Source: an uncultured Acidobacteriota bacterium
Lineage (GTDB): Bacteria > Acidobacteriota > Vicinamibacteria > Fen-336
Direction: 5' to 3'
Assembly: GCA_963760685.1 (NCBI GenBank)
Contig: CAVXEA010000003.1
Coordinates: 181,378 to 245,377, forward strand
Length of the DNA: 64,000 bases
In this document: positions 1-9,706 of the stretch, one piece after another
Numbering within the stretch: the stretch's first letter is position 1
Layout: each line of letters starts with the position of its first letter
Made by a program: the position numbers and the translations under genes
The notes under the pieces: model-generated
What the model was told of the DNA's origin: nothing
Database searches by the model: none
The model's input: only the letters and a program-made list of their open reading frames with translations

Positions 1-296
1 CGGTAGGCCAGCTCCACCGCGTCGCCGAAGGGTGCCAGGGGGCCGTCGACGATGCGGACCACCTCGCCGATCAGCACCTCGCCCGGGGCCCGCCGCAGTC
101 GATAGCCTCCCTCGCGGCCCCGCTGGCTGGCCACGATGCGAGCGTTCTTCAAGGTGACGAGGATCCCCTCCAGGAACTTCTCGGGGATCTGCTCCTCGTC
201 CGCGATCTCGTGGATCTTCACGAGGCCGCGCTCGTAGGACTCCGCCAGGTGGGTAAGGGCCTTCAGGGCGTAGAGCCCGCGGTTGGAAATCTTCAT
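1..296 (-). CDS. Rrf2 family transcriptional regulator (IscR/CymR-like); 3' end runs off the window
   Basis: Hand translation from ATG 296: MKISNRGLYALKALTHLAESYERGLVKIHEIADEEQIPEKFLEGILVTLKNARIVASQRGREGGYRLRRAPGEVLIGEVVRIVDGPLAP. This is a typical Rrf2 wHTH with an S-x-RG-x-x-GGY wing. Not in the ORF track because it is truncated. Confidence 0.92.
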   Translation of the reverse strand, partial: MKISNRGLYALKALTHLAESYERGLVKIHEIADEEQIPEKFLEGILVTLKNARIVASQRGREGGYRLRRAPGEVLIGEVVRIVDGPLAPFGDAVELAY

Positions 297-299
297 CGT

Positions 300-324
300 A
301 ATCTCGATCGGAACAGTAGACTAT
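300..324 (-). promoter_or_regulatory. Putative Rrf2 autoregulatory operator
   Basis: ATAGTCTACTGTTCCGATCGAGATT matches 19/25 positions of the IscR type-1 consensus ATASYYGACTRWWWYAGTCRRSTAT (counted by hand) and overlaps the -10. Confidence 0.5.
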
Positions 325-342
325 TGGACCGGACCCTGTCAA
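313..342 (-). promoter_or_regulatory. sigma70-type promoter of the Rrf2 gene
   Basis: Minus strand TTGACA (342-337), 18-nt spacer, TACTGT (318-313), 16 nt before the ATG. Confidence 0.65.
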
Positions 343-437
343 CCGCCACCCGCCGGGCGCCCATCCTCGCGCGGGCATGACAGAGGCTCACGGCGGTTGT
401 AGCATTGCTTGGCCACGCGGTCTGCCCCCAGGAAAAC

Positions 438-1592
438 ATGATTGATCTGTCGATCGACGATTGTCTGGCCGAGCGCGACCGGCACTCGGGACCGGACCAG
501 GCGTTCCACGCCGAGCTGCGGCGCCGCGTCCGCGCGCACTTCGAGTCGTTCGGCACGCCCTCGGGGAGCCTCGCCGCCTCGCACCCCGCGACCGCGTCGG
601 ACCTCGGGCCCCTGGGGTCGAGAACGGGAGGGACCGCCGCGGCCCACGCCAAGACCGCGACCCTCTTCGCCTGGCTCGTGGCTTCGTACGTCCTTCTCGT
701 CTTCGTGGCCGACCAACCGTGGACGGCGGCGCTCTTCGCGGTGTCCCTGGCCCTGGCCATGGCCGGTATCGGCTTCAACGTCATGCACGACGGCGGCCAC
801 GGCTCGTACTCGCTGGATCGCCGCGTCAATCGCCTGATGGCCCGGAGCCTCGACCTGCTCGGGGGAAGCTCGTACGTCTGGCACCGCAAGCACAACCTCC
901 TGCACCACACCTGGCCCAACGTCCCGGGGGTCGACGACGACATCGAGACGGGAGGGCTCGCGCGGCTGGCCGTGGCCCAACCCCGCAGGTTCTTCCATCG
1001 CTTCCAATGGCTGTACATGTGGCCGCTCTACGGGTTTCTTGCGGTCAAGTGGCAGTTGTTCGACGACTTCGCGTTTCTCGCACATGGCCGGGTCGGCGTG
1101 CGCCAATTCCCGCGGCCCCGCGGCGGCGAGCTCGCGGTGTTCTTGGGGGGCAAGGTCCTCTTCTTCGCCTGGGCCTTCGCGATCCCCCTCCTCCGACACC
1201 CGTTGCCGATGGTGCTCGTCACCTACTTCGGCTGTGTCTTCGTGCTGGGCCTCACCTTGAGCGTCGTGTTCCAGCTCGCGCACTGCGTTCCCGAAGCCGC
1301 GTCCGGCGCCGCCTCTGCGCGTTCCTGGGCACGGCGCCAGGTCGAGTCCTCGGTGGACTTCGCCCGGGGCCACTGGCTCGTCACCTGGTACCTGGGCGGC
1401 CTCAACTACCAGATCGAGCACCACCTGTTCCCGCAGGTCGCCCACGTGCACTACCCGGCGATGGCCCCCATCGTGGAATCGGTCTGCCGCGAGTTCGGCG
1501 TGCGCTACTCGGCCTACCCGACGCTTCGAGACGCCCTGGGCGCACACCTGCGGTTCCTCCGCGAGCTCGGCGCCTCGCCCGCTTCCGCCTGA
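438..1592 (+). CDS. Membrane fatty acid (acyl-CoA) desaturase
   Basis: Three His boxes: HDGGH, HNLLHH, QIEHH; hydrophobic segments. ATG 438 has AGGA upstream. Confidence 0.92.
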   Translation: MIDLSIDDCLAERDRHSGPDQAFHAELRRRVRAHFESFGTPSGSLAASHPATASDLGPLGSRTGGTAAAHAKTATLFAWLVASYVLLVFVADQPWTAALFAVSLALAMAGIGFNVMHDGGHGSYSLDRRVNRLMARSLDLLGGSSYVWHRKHNLLHHTWPNVPGVDDDIETGGLARLAVAQPRRFFHRFQWLYMWPLYGFLAVKWQLFDDFAFLAHGRVGVRQFPRPRGGELAVFLGGKVLFFAWAFAIPLLRHPLPMVLVTYFGCVFVLGLTLSVVFQLAHCVPEAASGAASARSWARRQVESSVDFARGHWLVTWYLGGLNYQIEHHLFPQVAHVHYPAMAPIVESVCREFGVRYSAYPTLRDALGAHLRFLRELGASPASA

Positions 1593-1707
1593 CCGCCGCG
1601 CGCGCCCGTTCGCGCGAGATCCGCCACAAAGCACAGTAGACTCGCGCCGCTCGCGGGCCCGGCGGTTCACGCTCTGAAAGGCTGCCGCGCGAGGACCGGA
1701 GGCCTCG

Positions 1708-4510
1708 ATGACCCTAGCCGCCCTCGCCTTGCTCCTCGCCCTGTCGCCCCCGGACAGCGCCGAGGTTGCCCCCGACGTGGCCGAGCCGGGTTCGATCGAA
1801 GCCATCGCGGCGGCCACGACGGAGGCGCGCTTCCTCTCGCCCTGGGTCAGCTACCTGCCGGAGTCGGCGAGCGTGCCGTCACCCCGCGACTTCCTGGGCC
1901 GCATCGCGGGCGCCCCGGGCGAGCTGGCCGACACGGCCAAGGCGGAGGGCTACTTCCGCGCCCTGGCTGCCGCCTCGCCGCGCGTGAAGCTCTTCACCAT
2001 CGGCCGGAGCGAGGAAGGGAGAGACATCGTGACCCTGGCGGTGGCGGATGAAGCCGGCATCCGGGACCTCGATCGCCAGAAGGCGGCCACCGCCGCCCTC
2101 GCCGATCCGCGCCAGACCGATCCCGCCGCGGCCGAGAAGCTCATCGAATCGACGCGACCCGTCTACTACCTGAACGCGGCGCTGCACTCCGACGAAACCG
2201 GCTCCACCGAAGCGATGCTGGAGCTCGCCTATCGTCTCGCCGTCTCCGAGCAGCCCATGATCCGCCGCATCCGCGAGCAGGTCGTCGTCCTCATCAACCC
2301 GGTGTCGAACCCCGACGGCCGCGACAAGGTCGTGGAGTGGTTCTACCGCTTCCTCAAGGGCAAGACCGACTATGGCGCGCTCCCTCGGCAGTCGCCGCCC
2401 TACTGGTCGAAGTACGCGTTCGTGGACATCAACCGCGACACGCACCAGCAGGTGCACGAGACCACGAAGGCGGTCCACCGGATGTTTCACGAGTGGCATC
2501 CCACCGTGGTCCACGACCTCCACGAGGCGGTCGGGCTCCTGCTCACCTGGAACGGCACCGGTCCCTACAATCCCCACATCGACCCCATCACCCACGGCGA
2601 GTTCCTGGAGCTGAGCTTCCACGAGGTGCGGACCCTGACCGCTCTGGGCATGCCCGGGGTTTCCACCTGGAACTTCGGCGAGGGCTTCGGCCATCACTAC
2701 CTCGACTCGGTGGCCATGAACCACAACAGCCTGGGGCGCGGATACGAGACGTGGGGGAATGCGACCGCGGAGACCGCTACGGCGCACTCTCGACCCTTCG
2801 TCGACCACCATGGAGTGGTACCGGCCCCTGCCTCCGCCGCGCGAGTTCATCTGGTCGGCGCGCGACAACGTGAACTACACCGAGACCGGGGTCCTCGCCG
2901 CCCTCGACCGTGTGGCCCAGACCCCCAAGGAGATGCTCCGGAGCTTCTACACGAAGGGCTACCACTCCTGGCGCAAGGGGCAGGATGAGGCGCCCTATGC
3001 CTTCGTGATCCCCGAAGACCAGGGCGATCGGCTTCGGGTCGCGCAGATGGTGGGCCGGCTCCTCGACCAGCGTATCGAGGTCTCGCGGGCCATCGCACCC
3101 CTGAGCCTGAAGGAGGGCCAGTTCCCGAAGGGCTCTTACGTGGTGCGGCTCGACCAGCCCTATCGCAACTACGCCGTGGACCTGCTCACTCCGCAGCGGT
3201 TTCCGAAGACCGGCGGGGAGCCCTACGACGACATCTCCTGGGCCTTTCCTCCGCACTACCGGCTCGCGGCAATACCGATCGCCGACGCCTCGGTGAAGAA
3301 CCTGACCCTGTCGCCGCCTCTACGCGAGGCGCCTCGGCCACCGGGTGCCGTCGTCGGTGCGGGGCCCGTGTTCCTGATGAAGGACACCGGACAGGAGTCC
3401 TTGCTCGCCGCCCGGTACCGCCTGGGGGGCTTCCGTGCCGAGGTCGCCGAACGCGCCTTCCGCGCCGCCGGCATCGACTTTCCCGCCGGCTCCTGGATCT
3501 TCCCGGAGCAAGACGGCCTCGCCCCGACCCTGCGCGCCGTCGCGGACGAGCTGAGCCTCGACTTCACGAGCGTGGCCGCGGCCCCCGACGTGCCGCGCCA
3601 CGACGCGCCCTCGCCACGCCTCGGGGTCTGGGTGCCCTGGGCCGACACCGACTCGATCGGCTGGATCCGTTACTCGCTCGACCAGCGCCGCGTGCCCTAC
3701 ACCTACATCCGTGACGAGGACATCCGTGCCGGCCGCCTACGCGAGAAGGTGGACGCCCTGCTCTACGGCCACGTCGACCTCGAGCTGGCCGAGCAGATCC
3801 ACGGGCTGCCCAAGCAGTGGGGGCCCATGCCTTTCAAGAAGACCGCGCAGACCCCAAGCCACGGCACGCCCGCGGAGTCGGACGACATCACCGGCGGCAT
3901 CGGCTGGGCGGGCCTCGCGCAGCTGCAGATTTTCGTCGAAGACGGCGGCCTGCTCGTGACCTTGGGCAGCGGGAGCGCCCTGGCCCTCGAGGGCGGCCTC
4001 GTGCGCGGCGTGCGTCGCGCGTCCGGTGGCGTGCCTCGAAGCAGCCAGGGCGGTGGCGAGGACTCGGCCGCGGCTGCTCAGGGGTCGAAGACGCGCACCC
4101 CCGGCTCGCACCTTCGCGTCAGCTTCGCTCGCCCGGAACACCCGATTGCCTACGGCTACCCCGCGCGCACGCACGTCTTCCGGCAAAACTTCCCGCTCTA
4201 CGACGCGCCGCTGCGCTGGCTCCGCATGGCCTACTGCACCTCGTGCCTCGACGGACCCGAAGACCGCAGCGGGATCGTGCTCGAATGGGGCGACGACAGT
4301 GGCGCCCCTCTCGTGGTCAGTGGCCAGGCCTGGGGCGAAGCGGGTCTCGTCCACCGCCCCGCGATCCTCGACCTGCGCGCGGGCAAGGGCCACGTCGTGG
4401 CCTTCAACTTCAACCCGCTCCACCGCGACCTGAACCGCGGCGACCACCGCCTGGTCTGGAACGCCATCCTCAACTGGAAGGCGATCGTGGGGGCGGGGGG
4501 GATGGAGTAG
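1708..4510 (+). CDS. Secreted M14-family zinc carboxypeptidase with C-terminal class I GATase-like region; one frameshift near 2776
   Basis: Signal peptide; HSDE, NPDG, DINRD and HDLHE motifs in ORF 1708..2988. Continues in ORF 2759..4510 (TLDPSSTTMEWYRP...). Confidence 0.85.
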
Positions 4511-4533
4511 GGCTCTTCGAGACTCCCGATTGC

Positions 4534-4557
4534 CGGCAGACCTCTCAACGTCTGCCG
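4534..4557. repeat. Inverted repeat, possible terminator after the M14 gene
   Basis: cggcagac-ctctcaac-gtctgccg: perfect 8-bp stem, no U-tract. Confidence 0.45.
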
Positions 4558-4605
4558 CGGCCCGAGCTCTTTGTGCAGGATTCGTCATTCCGGTGCCCGA
4601 CGTCA

Positions 4606-4670
4606 TGGGGTGCTCGGGATCGCCCTACAACAGGCTCTGGCGTGGACCTCCCCGAGCATCCCAGCGTTGT
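4606..4670. repeat. Interleaved inverted repeats (14-bp stem; loop segment complementary to downstream sequence)
   Basis: tggggtgctcggga (4606-4619) pairs with tcccgagcatccca (4649-4662), with one G-T. tacaac (4626-4631) is complementary to gttgta (4665-4670). Confidence 0.55.
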
Positions 4671-4770
4671 ACGCTAGAGGCCAGGCGCGCGCCGGTCATC
4701 TTTCCCTGGACTGTCAGAGGAGAAACGCGGTCGCAGCCCAACCTGTGTTCGGCGGACACGCAGATGTGTG

Positions 4771-4905
4771 ATGGGAAGGAATGACATAGCTAGTGGCGAG
4801 ACGAAAGCGGACGAAGGTAACAATGCCTTGAAGCAATCGCTCGTGCACCAGGCCTTTGCCCGCCAACTGGAGACGCACTGGAACGATAACTTGGCTCATG
4901 CTTGA
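4771..4905 (+). pseudogene. Possible 3' remnant of type I RM specificity subunit
   Basis: 44-aa ORF containing NALKQSLVHQAFARQL, resembling the HsdS C-terminal L-K-x-S-L-L-H-Q-A-F motif; directly upstream of rhuM-like and hsdR genes. Confidence 0.35.
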
Positions 4906-4977
4906 CTCACTTGAGCGCGCAACGGACACGAATGCCCAGCCCGCACCAACCCTGAACGGTCAGCTCCAGGAAACCTG

Positions 4978-5660
4978 ATGTCCGACAACGAGGCGTCGCG
5001 ATCGAGCATCATCCTGTACCAGACGGGGGACGGCCGCACGCGCATTCAGTGCCGGTTCGAGGATCAGACGATCTGGCTGACGCAGGCGCTCATCGCTGAG
5101 TTGTTCCAGATCACGCCCCAGAACGTAACCATTCACCTGAAGGCCATTTTTGGCGAGGGCGAGTTGTCGGAGGAGGTAACTTGTAAGGAATCCTTACAAG
5201 TTCGCCAGGAGGGCGCCCGCGACGTCTCGAGGCGGCTTCGCTACTACAGCCTGCCTGCCATCCTAGCTGTCGGCTACCGCGTGCGGAGTTCCCGCGGGAC
5301 GCAGTTTCGGCAATGGGCTACGGCTCGGTTGAGCGAATACCTGGTGAAGGGTTTCACCATGGACGACGAGCGGCTCAAGAACCCGCCAGGCAAGGGTCAG
5401 ACGGACTATTTCGATGAGCTGCTCGAACGCATCCGGGATATCCGGGCGAGCGAGAGGCGAGTCTATTTGCGGGTGCGGGAGATCCTGGCCTTGGCCGCCG
5501 ACTACTCGCCTTCCGAGCCGGAGACGCAGGCGTTCTTTCAGGTGGTGCAGAACAAGCTGCATTTTGCGGCCACGGGAAAGACCGCGCCCGAGTTGATCGC
5601 CGAGCGGGCCGCCTCGGCGCTGCCGAACATGGGCTTGACGACTTGGAGGGGCGGGGTGGT
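4978..5660 (+). pseudogene. RhuM-family (virulence RhuM-like) protein, C-terminally truncated
   Basis: YQTGDGRTRIQCRFEDQTIWLTQ, AILAVGYRVRSSRGTQFRQWAT, YFDELLERIRDIRASE and QNKLHFAATGKTA are RhuM hallmarks. Similarity stops at GLTTWRGGVV. Confidence 0.8.
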
Positions 5661-5860
5661 TCATAGCGACCCCGACATTCTCGGGGGCACGCTCGTCTTC
5701 GTGGGCACACGGGTGCCGCCCACGGTGAGCCGCGACCAGACGGTGGCCGCTCTCGAGCAGGCCAAGGACGTGGCTGGGCACGACTCCCATTCCTGATGTC
5801 CAGGCGGCGCTCGGAGCCATCACGCCTGGGCAGGTCGTCAGAGTCGGTGCCTGGCCCGAA
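5655..5860 (+). pseudogene. Fragments of a DUF433 antitoxin and probably its PIN-like (DUF5615) toxin partner
   Basis: In frame with RhuM: VVHSDPDILGGTLVFVGTRVP directly joined to PTVSRDQTVAALEQAK (DUF433 N- and C-terminal halves). A shifted frame gives PIPDVQAALGAITPGQVVRVGA, like DUF5615 C-termini. Confidence 0.6.
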
Positions 5861-5865
5861 CCGCG

Positions 5866-7624
5866 ATGAACGAGGCTGAGACCCGGGCCGAGCACATCGA
5901 CCCCGCCTTGAAGGACGCGGGTTGGGGTGTGGTCGAGGGGCAGCCGGGTCCTGCGGGAGTATCCGATCACGCCGGGGCGGATCGAGGGCCTAGGGCGACG
6001 GGGGAGGTCGCACCAGGCCGACTACGTGCTGGTGTATCGAAACCGGAAGCTGGCCGTGGTCGAGGCCAAGGCATTGGACCGGCCGCTGACGGAGGGTGTG
6101 GCTCAAGCCAAGGGCTACGCGGGGAAGATGGCCCTGCGCTTTGCGTATGCCACCAACGGGCAGGGCATCTACGGCGTCGACATGGAGACGGGCAAGGAAG
6201 GCGAGGTCGCGCGCTATCCTTCGCCGGACGAGATGTGGTCGACGACGTTCGCGAAGGCGAACGCCTGGCGCGACCGGTTCGCGACGGTGCCCTTTGAGGA
6301 CAAGGGGGGCTCGCACCCCAGCCGCTACTACCAGGACATCGCCGTCGAGCGGGTGATGGAGGCCATCGCCGAGGACCAGCCACGGATCCTTCTGACGCTT
6401 GCCACCGGCACGGGAAAGACCTTCATCGCCTTTCAGATTGCCTGGAAGCTGTTCCACAGCCGTTGGAACCTGAGCCGCGAGCCGAGTCGGCGACCGCGCA
6501 TCCTCTTCCTGGCGGATCGGGTGAAGCTCTTCATGGAGCAGATCAACCAGGCGGAGAAGACCTTGGTGTTCTGCGCGACGCAGGATCACGCGCTGGCCGT
6601 ACGCGACCTCGTCAACCAGACTAAGACGAGCAGCGATCCCAACTACTGCCAGCGCGTCACGTCCAACGATGGGGAGCTGGGCGAGCAGCATTTGCGCGAC
6701 TTCCAGGACAACGAGAAGACGATCCCGACGATCCTCACGACGTCCCAGAAGCTCTCCACGGGCGTGGACGCTCGCAACATCCGCAACATCGTGCTGATGC
6801 GCCCCATCAAGTCGATGATCGAGTTCAAGCAGATCATCGGGCGGGGCACGCGGCTCTACGACGGAAAGGACTACTTCACGATCTACGACTTCGTGAAGGC
6901 GCACCACCACTTCAATGACCCCGAGTGGGATGGCGAACCGATGGCGCCGGAACTCAAGGAGCACATTGTCGAGCCGCCGCCCGGAGGGCCTTTGCCGCCT
7001 GGCCCCGGGCCCGAACCCGGTCCCGGCCGGCAGCGGGTGAAGGTCAAGCTGGGCGACGGCAAGGCCCGCACGATCCAACACATGATGTGCACGACGTTCT
7101 GGCACCCCGACGGCACGCCGATGTCCGCGCAGCAGTTCATGGAGATGCTGTTCGGGAAACTGCCGGAGTTCTTCAGGGACGAGGCTGAGTTACGCGCCCT
7201 CTGGAGTGAGCCCGAGACGCGGCGAAAACTCCTGCAGGGTCTCGCCGAGAAGGGGTTCGGCGGCGAACAACTGGCCGAGATGCAGAAGATCATCGACGCG
7301 GAGAAGAGCGACCTTTTCGACGTGCTGGCCCACGTTGCCTACGCGTTGGCGCCGGTGACGCGCGAGGATCGCGCCTCGCGCGCCAGGGTAGGTATCAGCG
7401 CGAACTTCAACCGGAAGCAGCAGGTCTTTCTGGACTTCGTACTGTCCCACTACGTCAGCGTGGGTGTGGAGGAGCTGGACCAGGAGAAGCTCACGCCGCT
7501 GTTGAAGCTCCGGTACCGTGACTCCATCGCCGATGCCGTGGCGGATCTGGGCCGACCGGACGAAATCGGGCGGGTGTTCTCCGGCTTCCAAAAGTACCTG
7601 TACGAGCACGAAGCAGTGGCCTGA
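5866..7624 (+). pseudogene. hsdR: Type I restriction enzyme R subunit (EcoAI/EcoEI-like) with frameshift near 5940 and in-frame internal deletion at about 6520
   Basis: MNEAETRAEHIDPAL N-terminus; nuclease ADYVL...VEAK; Walker A ATGTGKT; later motifs KLSTGVDA and QIIGRGTR; EcoEI_R_C-like end. ILFLADR runs straight into VKLFMEQIN and there is no DExH Walker B. Confidence 0.85.
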
Positions 7625-7639
7625 TTTTGTACCGGAGGC

Positions 7640-8893
7640 CTACGGACGAGCCTCGAGACGGTACAGGTGTGACTCGGTGCGGACGAATACAGCGCGGTCG
7701 GCGATGGCCGGCGTGGCCATGACGCCCTTCTCGGCGAGCGCGCCGCGGCCGAGCTCGCGGTACTCTCGGCCGGGGGCGATCGCGACGGCCGATCCGTCCT
7801 CGGCGAAGAAGTAGATCGCACCGTCCGCGAAGAGGGGCGAGGCCGAGTGGCCGCCGCCGCCGACGCGGTGCTGCCAGACCTCGGCCCCGGTCTTCGCGTC
7901 GAGGCAGGTCACGACCCCGCCCGCGTCGGAGACCGCGTACACCAGGTCGCCCACGAGCACGGGCGAGGGCTTCGCACCGATACCGCGCGTGACCTTCCAG
8001 GCTATGTGGGTGTCGGTTACGTCGCCACGCCCATCCGGACGGATGGCCAGGAGGTCGGCCTTGCCGAAGCCGGTGTCCACGTACACGAGACCGTGGGCGA
8101 AGAGCGGCCGCGCGGCCGCGGAATGCTGGGGGTAGCGCACACGCCAGAGCTCGCGGCCGGTGAGTGGATCGAGGGCCACCACGGCCTTGGCCGCCGGGCT
8201 GATGAGCTGAGGCTTCCCGCCGACCTCGATCACGATCGGGGTGGCGAACCCCTTCTTCTGGTCGCCGTCGTCGGTGCCGAAGTCGTGGGTGCGGTCGGCC
8301 TTCCAGACGGTCCGTCCCGTCTTCTTGTCGAGGGCCACGACGTACTGGAGGTCGTAGCCGTCCAGATGCACGATCAGGAGGTCCTTGTAGAGGATCGGCG
8401 ACGAGCCCGGTCCCCGCCAGTGGTTGCAGGGGAGGTCGCGCCGCGTCCACAGGACCTTGCCGGTCGCGGTGTCGAGGGCCGCGGTCCCGTAGCTTCCGAA
8501 GTGGACGTAGACCCGCCCCTCCTCGATCACCGGGGTGGGCGACGCGTAGCTGTTGTACTGGCGCGTGTCCTGGGGCTCGGCCACTTCGAAGACCTTCTGG
8601 TCGAAGAGCACCCGGCCGTCGTCCTTGCGGAGGGCCAGGACCGAGAGGACCTTCCCGTCCAGGGTGGCGGTGGTGAGCCACACCTGCGTTCCGAGCACCA
8701 CCGGGGACGACCAGCCGCGGCCGTGGATCGTCGTCTTCCAGGCCACGTTGCTGCCTTCGGCCCACTCGCGCGGCAGGCCGGTGGAGTCGGAGTGCCCGGT
8801 GCCGGAGGGGCCGCGGAACTCCGTCCAGCGGCTCTCCGCAGAGGCGCCGCCACACGCGAGGACGGCCGCGAACGTCGGCAAGAACAGCCTCAT
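7640..8893 (-). CDS. Secreted PQQ-like beta-propeller (BamB-like repeat) protein
   Basis: Signal peptide; WTEFRGP; repeated G-x-V-x-W motifs; SSP/ASP motifs. Confidence 0.85.
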   Translation of the reverse strand: MRLFLPTFAAVLACGGASAESRWTEFRGPSGTGHSDSTGLPREWAEGSNVAWKTTIHGRGWSSPVVLGTQVWLTTATLDGKVLSVLALRKDDGRVLFDQKVFEVAEPQDTRQYNSYASPTPVIEEGRVYVHFGSYGTAALDTATGKVLWTRRDLPCNHWRGPGSSPILYKDLLIVHLDGYDLQYVVALDKKTGRTVWKADRTHDFGTDDGDQKKGFATPIVIEVGGKPQLISPAAKAVVALDPLTGRELWRVRYPQHSAAARPLFAHGLVYVDTGFGKADLLAIRPDGRGDVTDTHIAWKVTRGIGAKPSPVLVGDLVYAVSDAGGVVTCLDAKTGAEVWQHRVGGGGHSASPLFADGAIYFFAEDGSAVAIAPGREYRELGRGALAEKGVMATPAIADRAVFVRTESHLYRLEARP

Positions 8894-8963
8894 GGGAGTC
8901 GCCCCTCCAGTCATCGCGCCACGCGCCGGGGATTCTCGCACGACCGGCGCAGGGGGGCCGACG

Positions 8964-9629
8964 TCAGCGTCCCGGTGGCACGAGCCTCACTGCATCGCCG
9001 ACCCGGATCACGCCGGGGTGGAGCACTTCCGCATTGAGCGCGAGACGCCCCCCGAAGCGGCGACCGATGTCGCGCAGCACCTCCGGATCCCGCTCGAGGG
9101 TGTCGGGATCGACGGTGGTCATGGGGCATCGCGGGCGAAGCGAGTCCAGTCCCACCACTGCTTCCCCGATCCGCAGCTGCCCGCCTGGCCAGTGGGTCTC
9201 GTCGAGCCCCGGGACCCCGCCGATGAGGATGTTGGGGCGCAGACGGCGGACGTCACGCCCGAAGGCGGCCACGGCGCCATCGGTGGCCACGAGCAGGGGC
9301 AGGATGTCGAATCTCTCCGGCCCCTCGTAGGCCTCGAGCCACGCGTCATCGCCGGCCGCGGCCCGAACCAGGTCGAGGGCTTCCTGGCTCCGCCAGGGCC
9401 AACCGTCGACGAGCGGCTGGCCGTCGGGCCCGAGCGACCCGTGGAGTCCCAGGAGGTGGTGATGCTGCCGTGAGGTGCGTACCCCTTCGGGGCCGCGCAC
9501 GTGAACGATGCGATCGCCGGGGATCCCGGCACGTACGAGATTGGCCGCCTCCAGCCGCTCGCCGGCCAGGGTCTTCACCGGATAGCGCCACAGGGCGCTG
9601 ACGCGAAGCGTCATCGTAGGCGCAGGCAT
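8964..9629 (-). CDS. MOSC domain-containing protein
   Basis: LWRYPVKTLAGE, GDR, RRLRPNIL, RCPMTTVDP, G-V-I-R-V-GD. Confidence 0.88.
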   Translation of the reverse strand: MPAPTMTLRVSALWRYPVKTLAGERLEAANLVRAGIPGDRIVHVRGPEGVRTSRQHHHLLGLHGSLGPDGQPLVDGWPWRSQEALDLVRAAAGDDAWLEAYEGPERFDILPLLVATDGAVAAFGRDVRRLRPNILIGGVPGLDETHWPGGQLRIGEAVVGLDSLRPRCPMTTVDPDTLERDPEVLRDIGRRFGGRLALNAEVLHPGVIRVGDAVRLVPPGR

Positions 9630-9706
9630 GGGCGAGGCAATTCTACCGGCCGCGCGGCATTGTGACGCGCCATGGTCCGAGTTAGCGTTGCGCCAGCGAG
9701 GTGGCC

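Noticed and set aside
1645-1700. Long hairpin in the M14 peptidase leader (ctcgcg/cgcgag, cggcgg/ctgccg)
   Set aside because: No riboswitch consensus recognised; expected by chance in GC-rich DNA
6975-7030. Pro-Gly repeat in HsdR (PPPGGPLPPGPGPEPGPG)
   Set aside because: Ordinary low-complexity linker before the C-terminal domain
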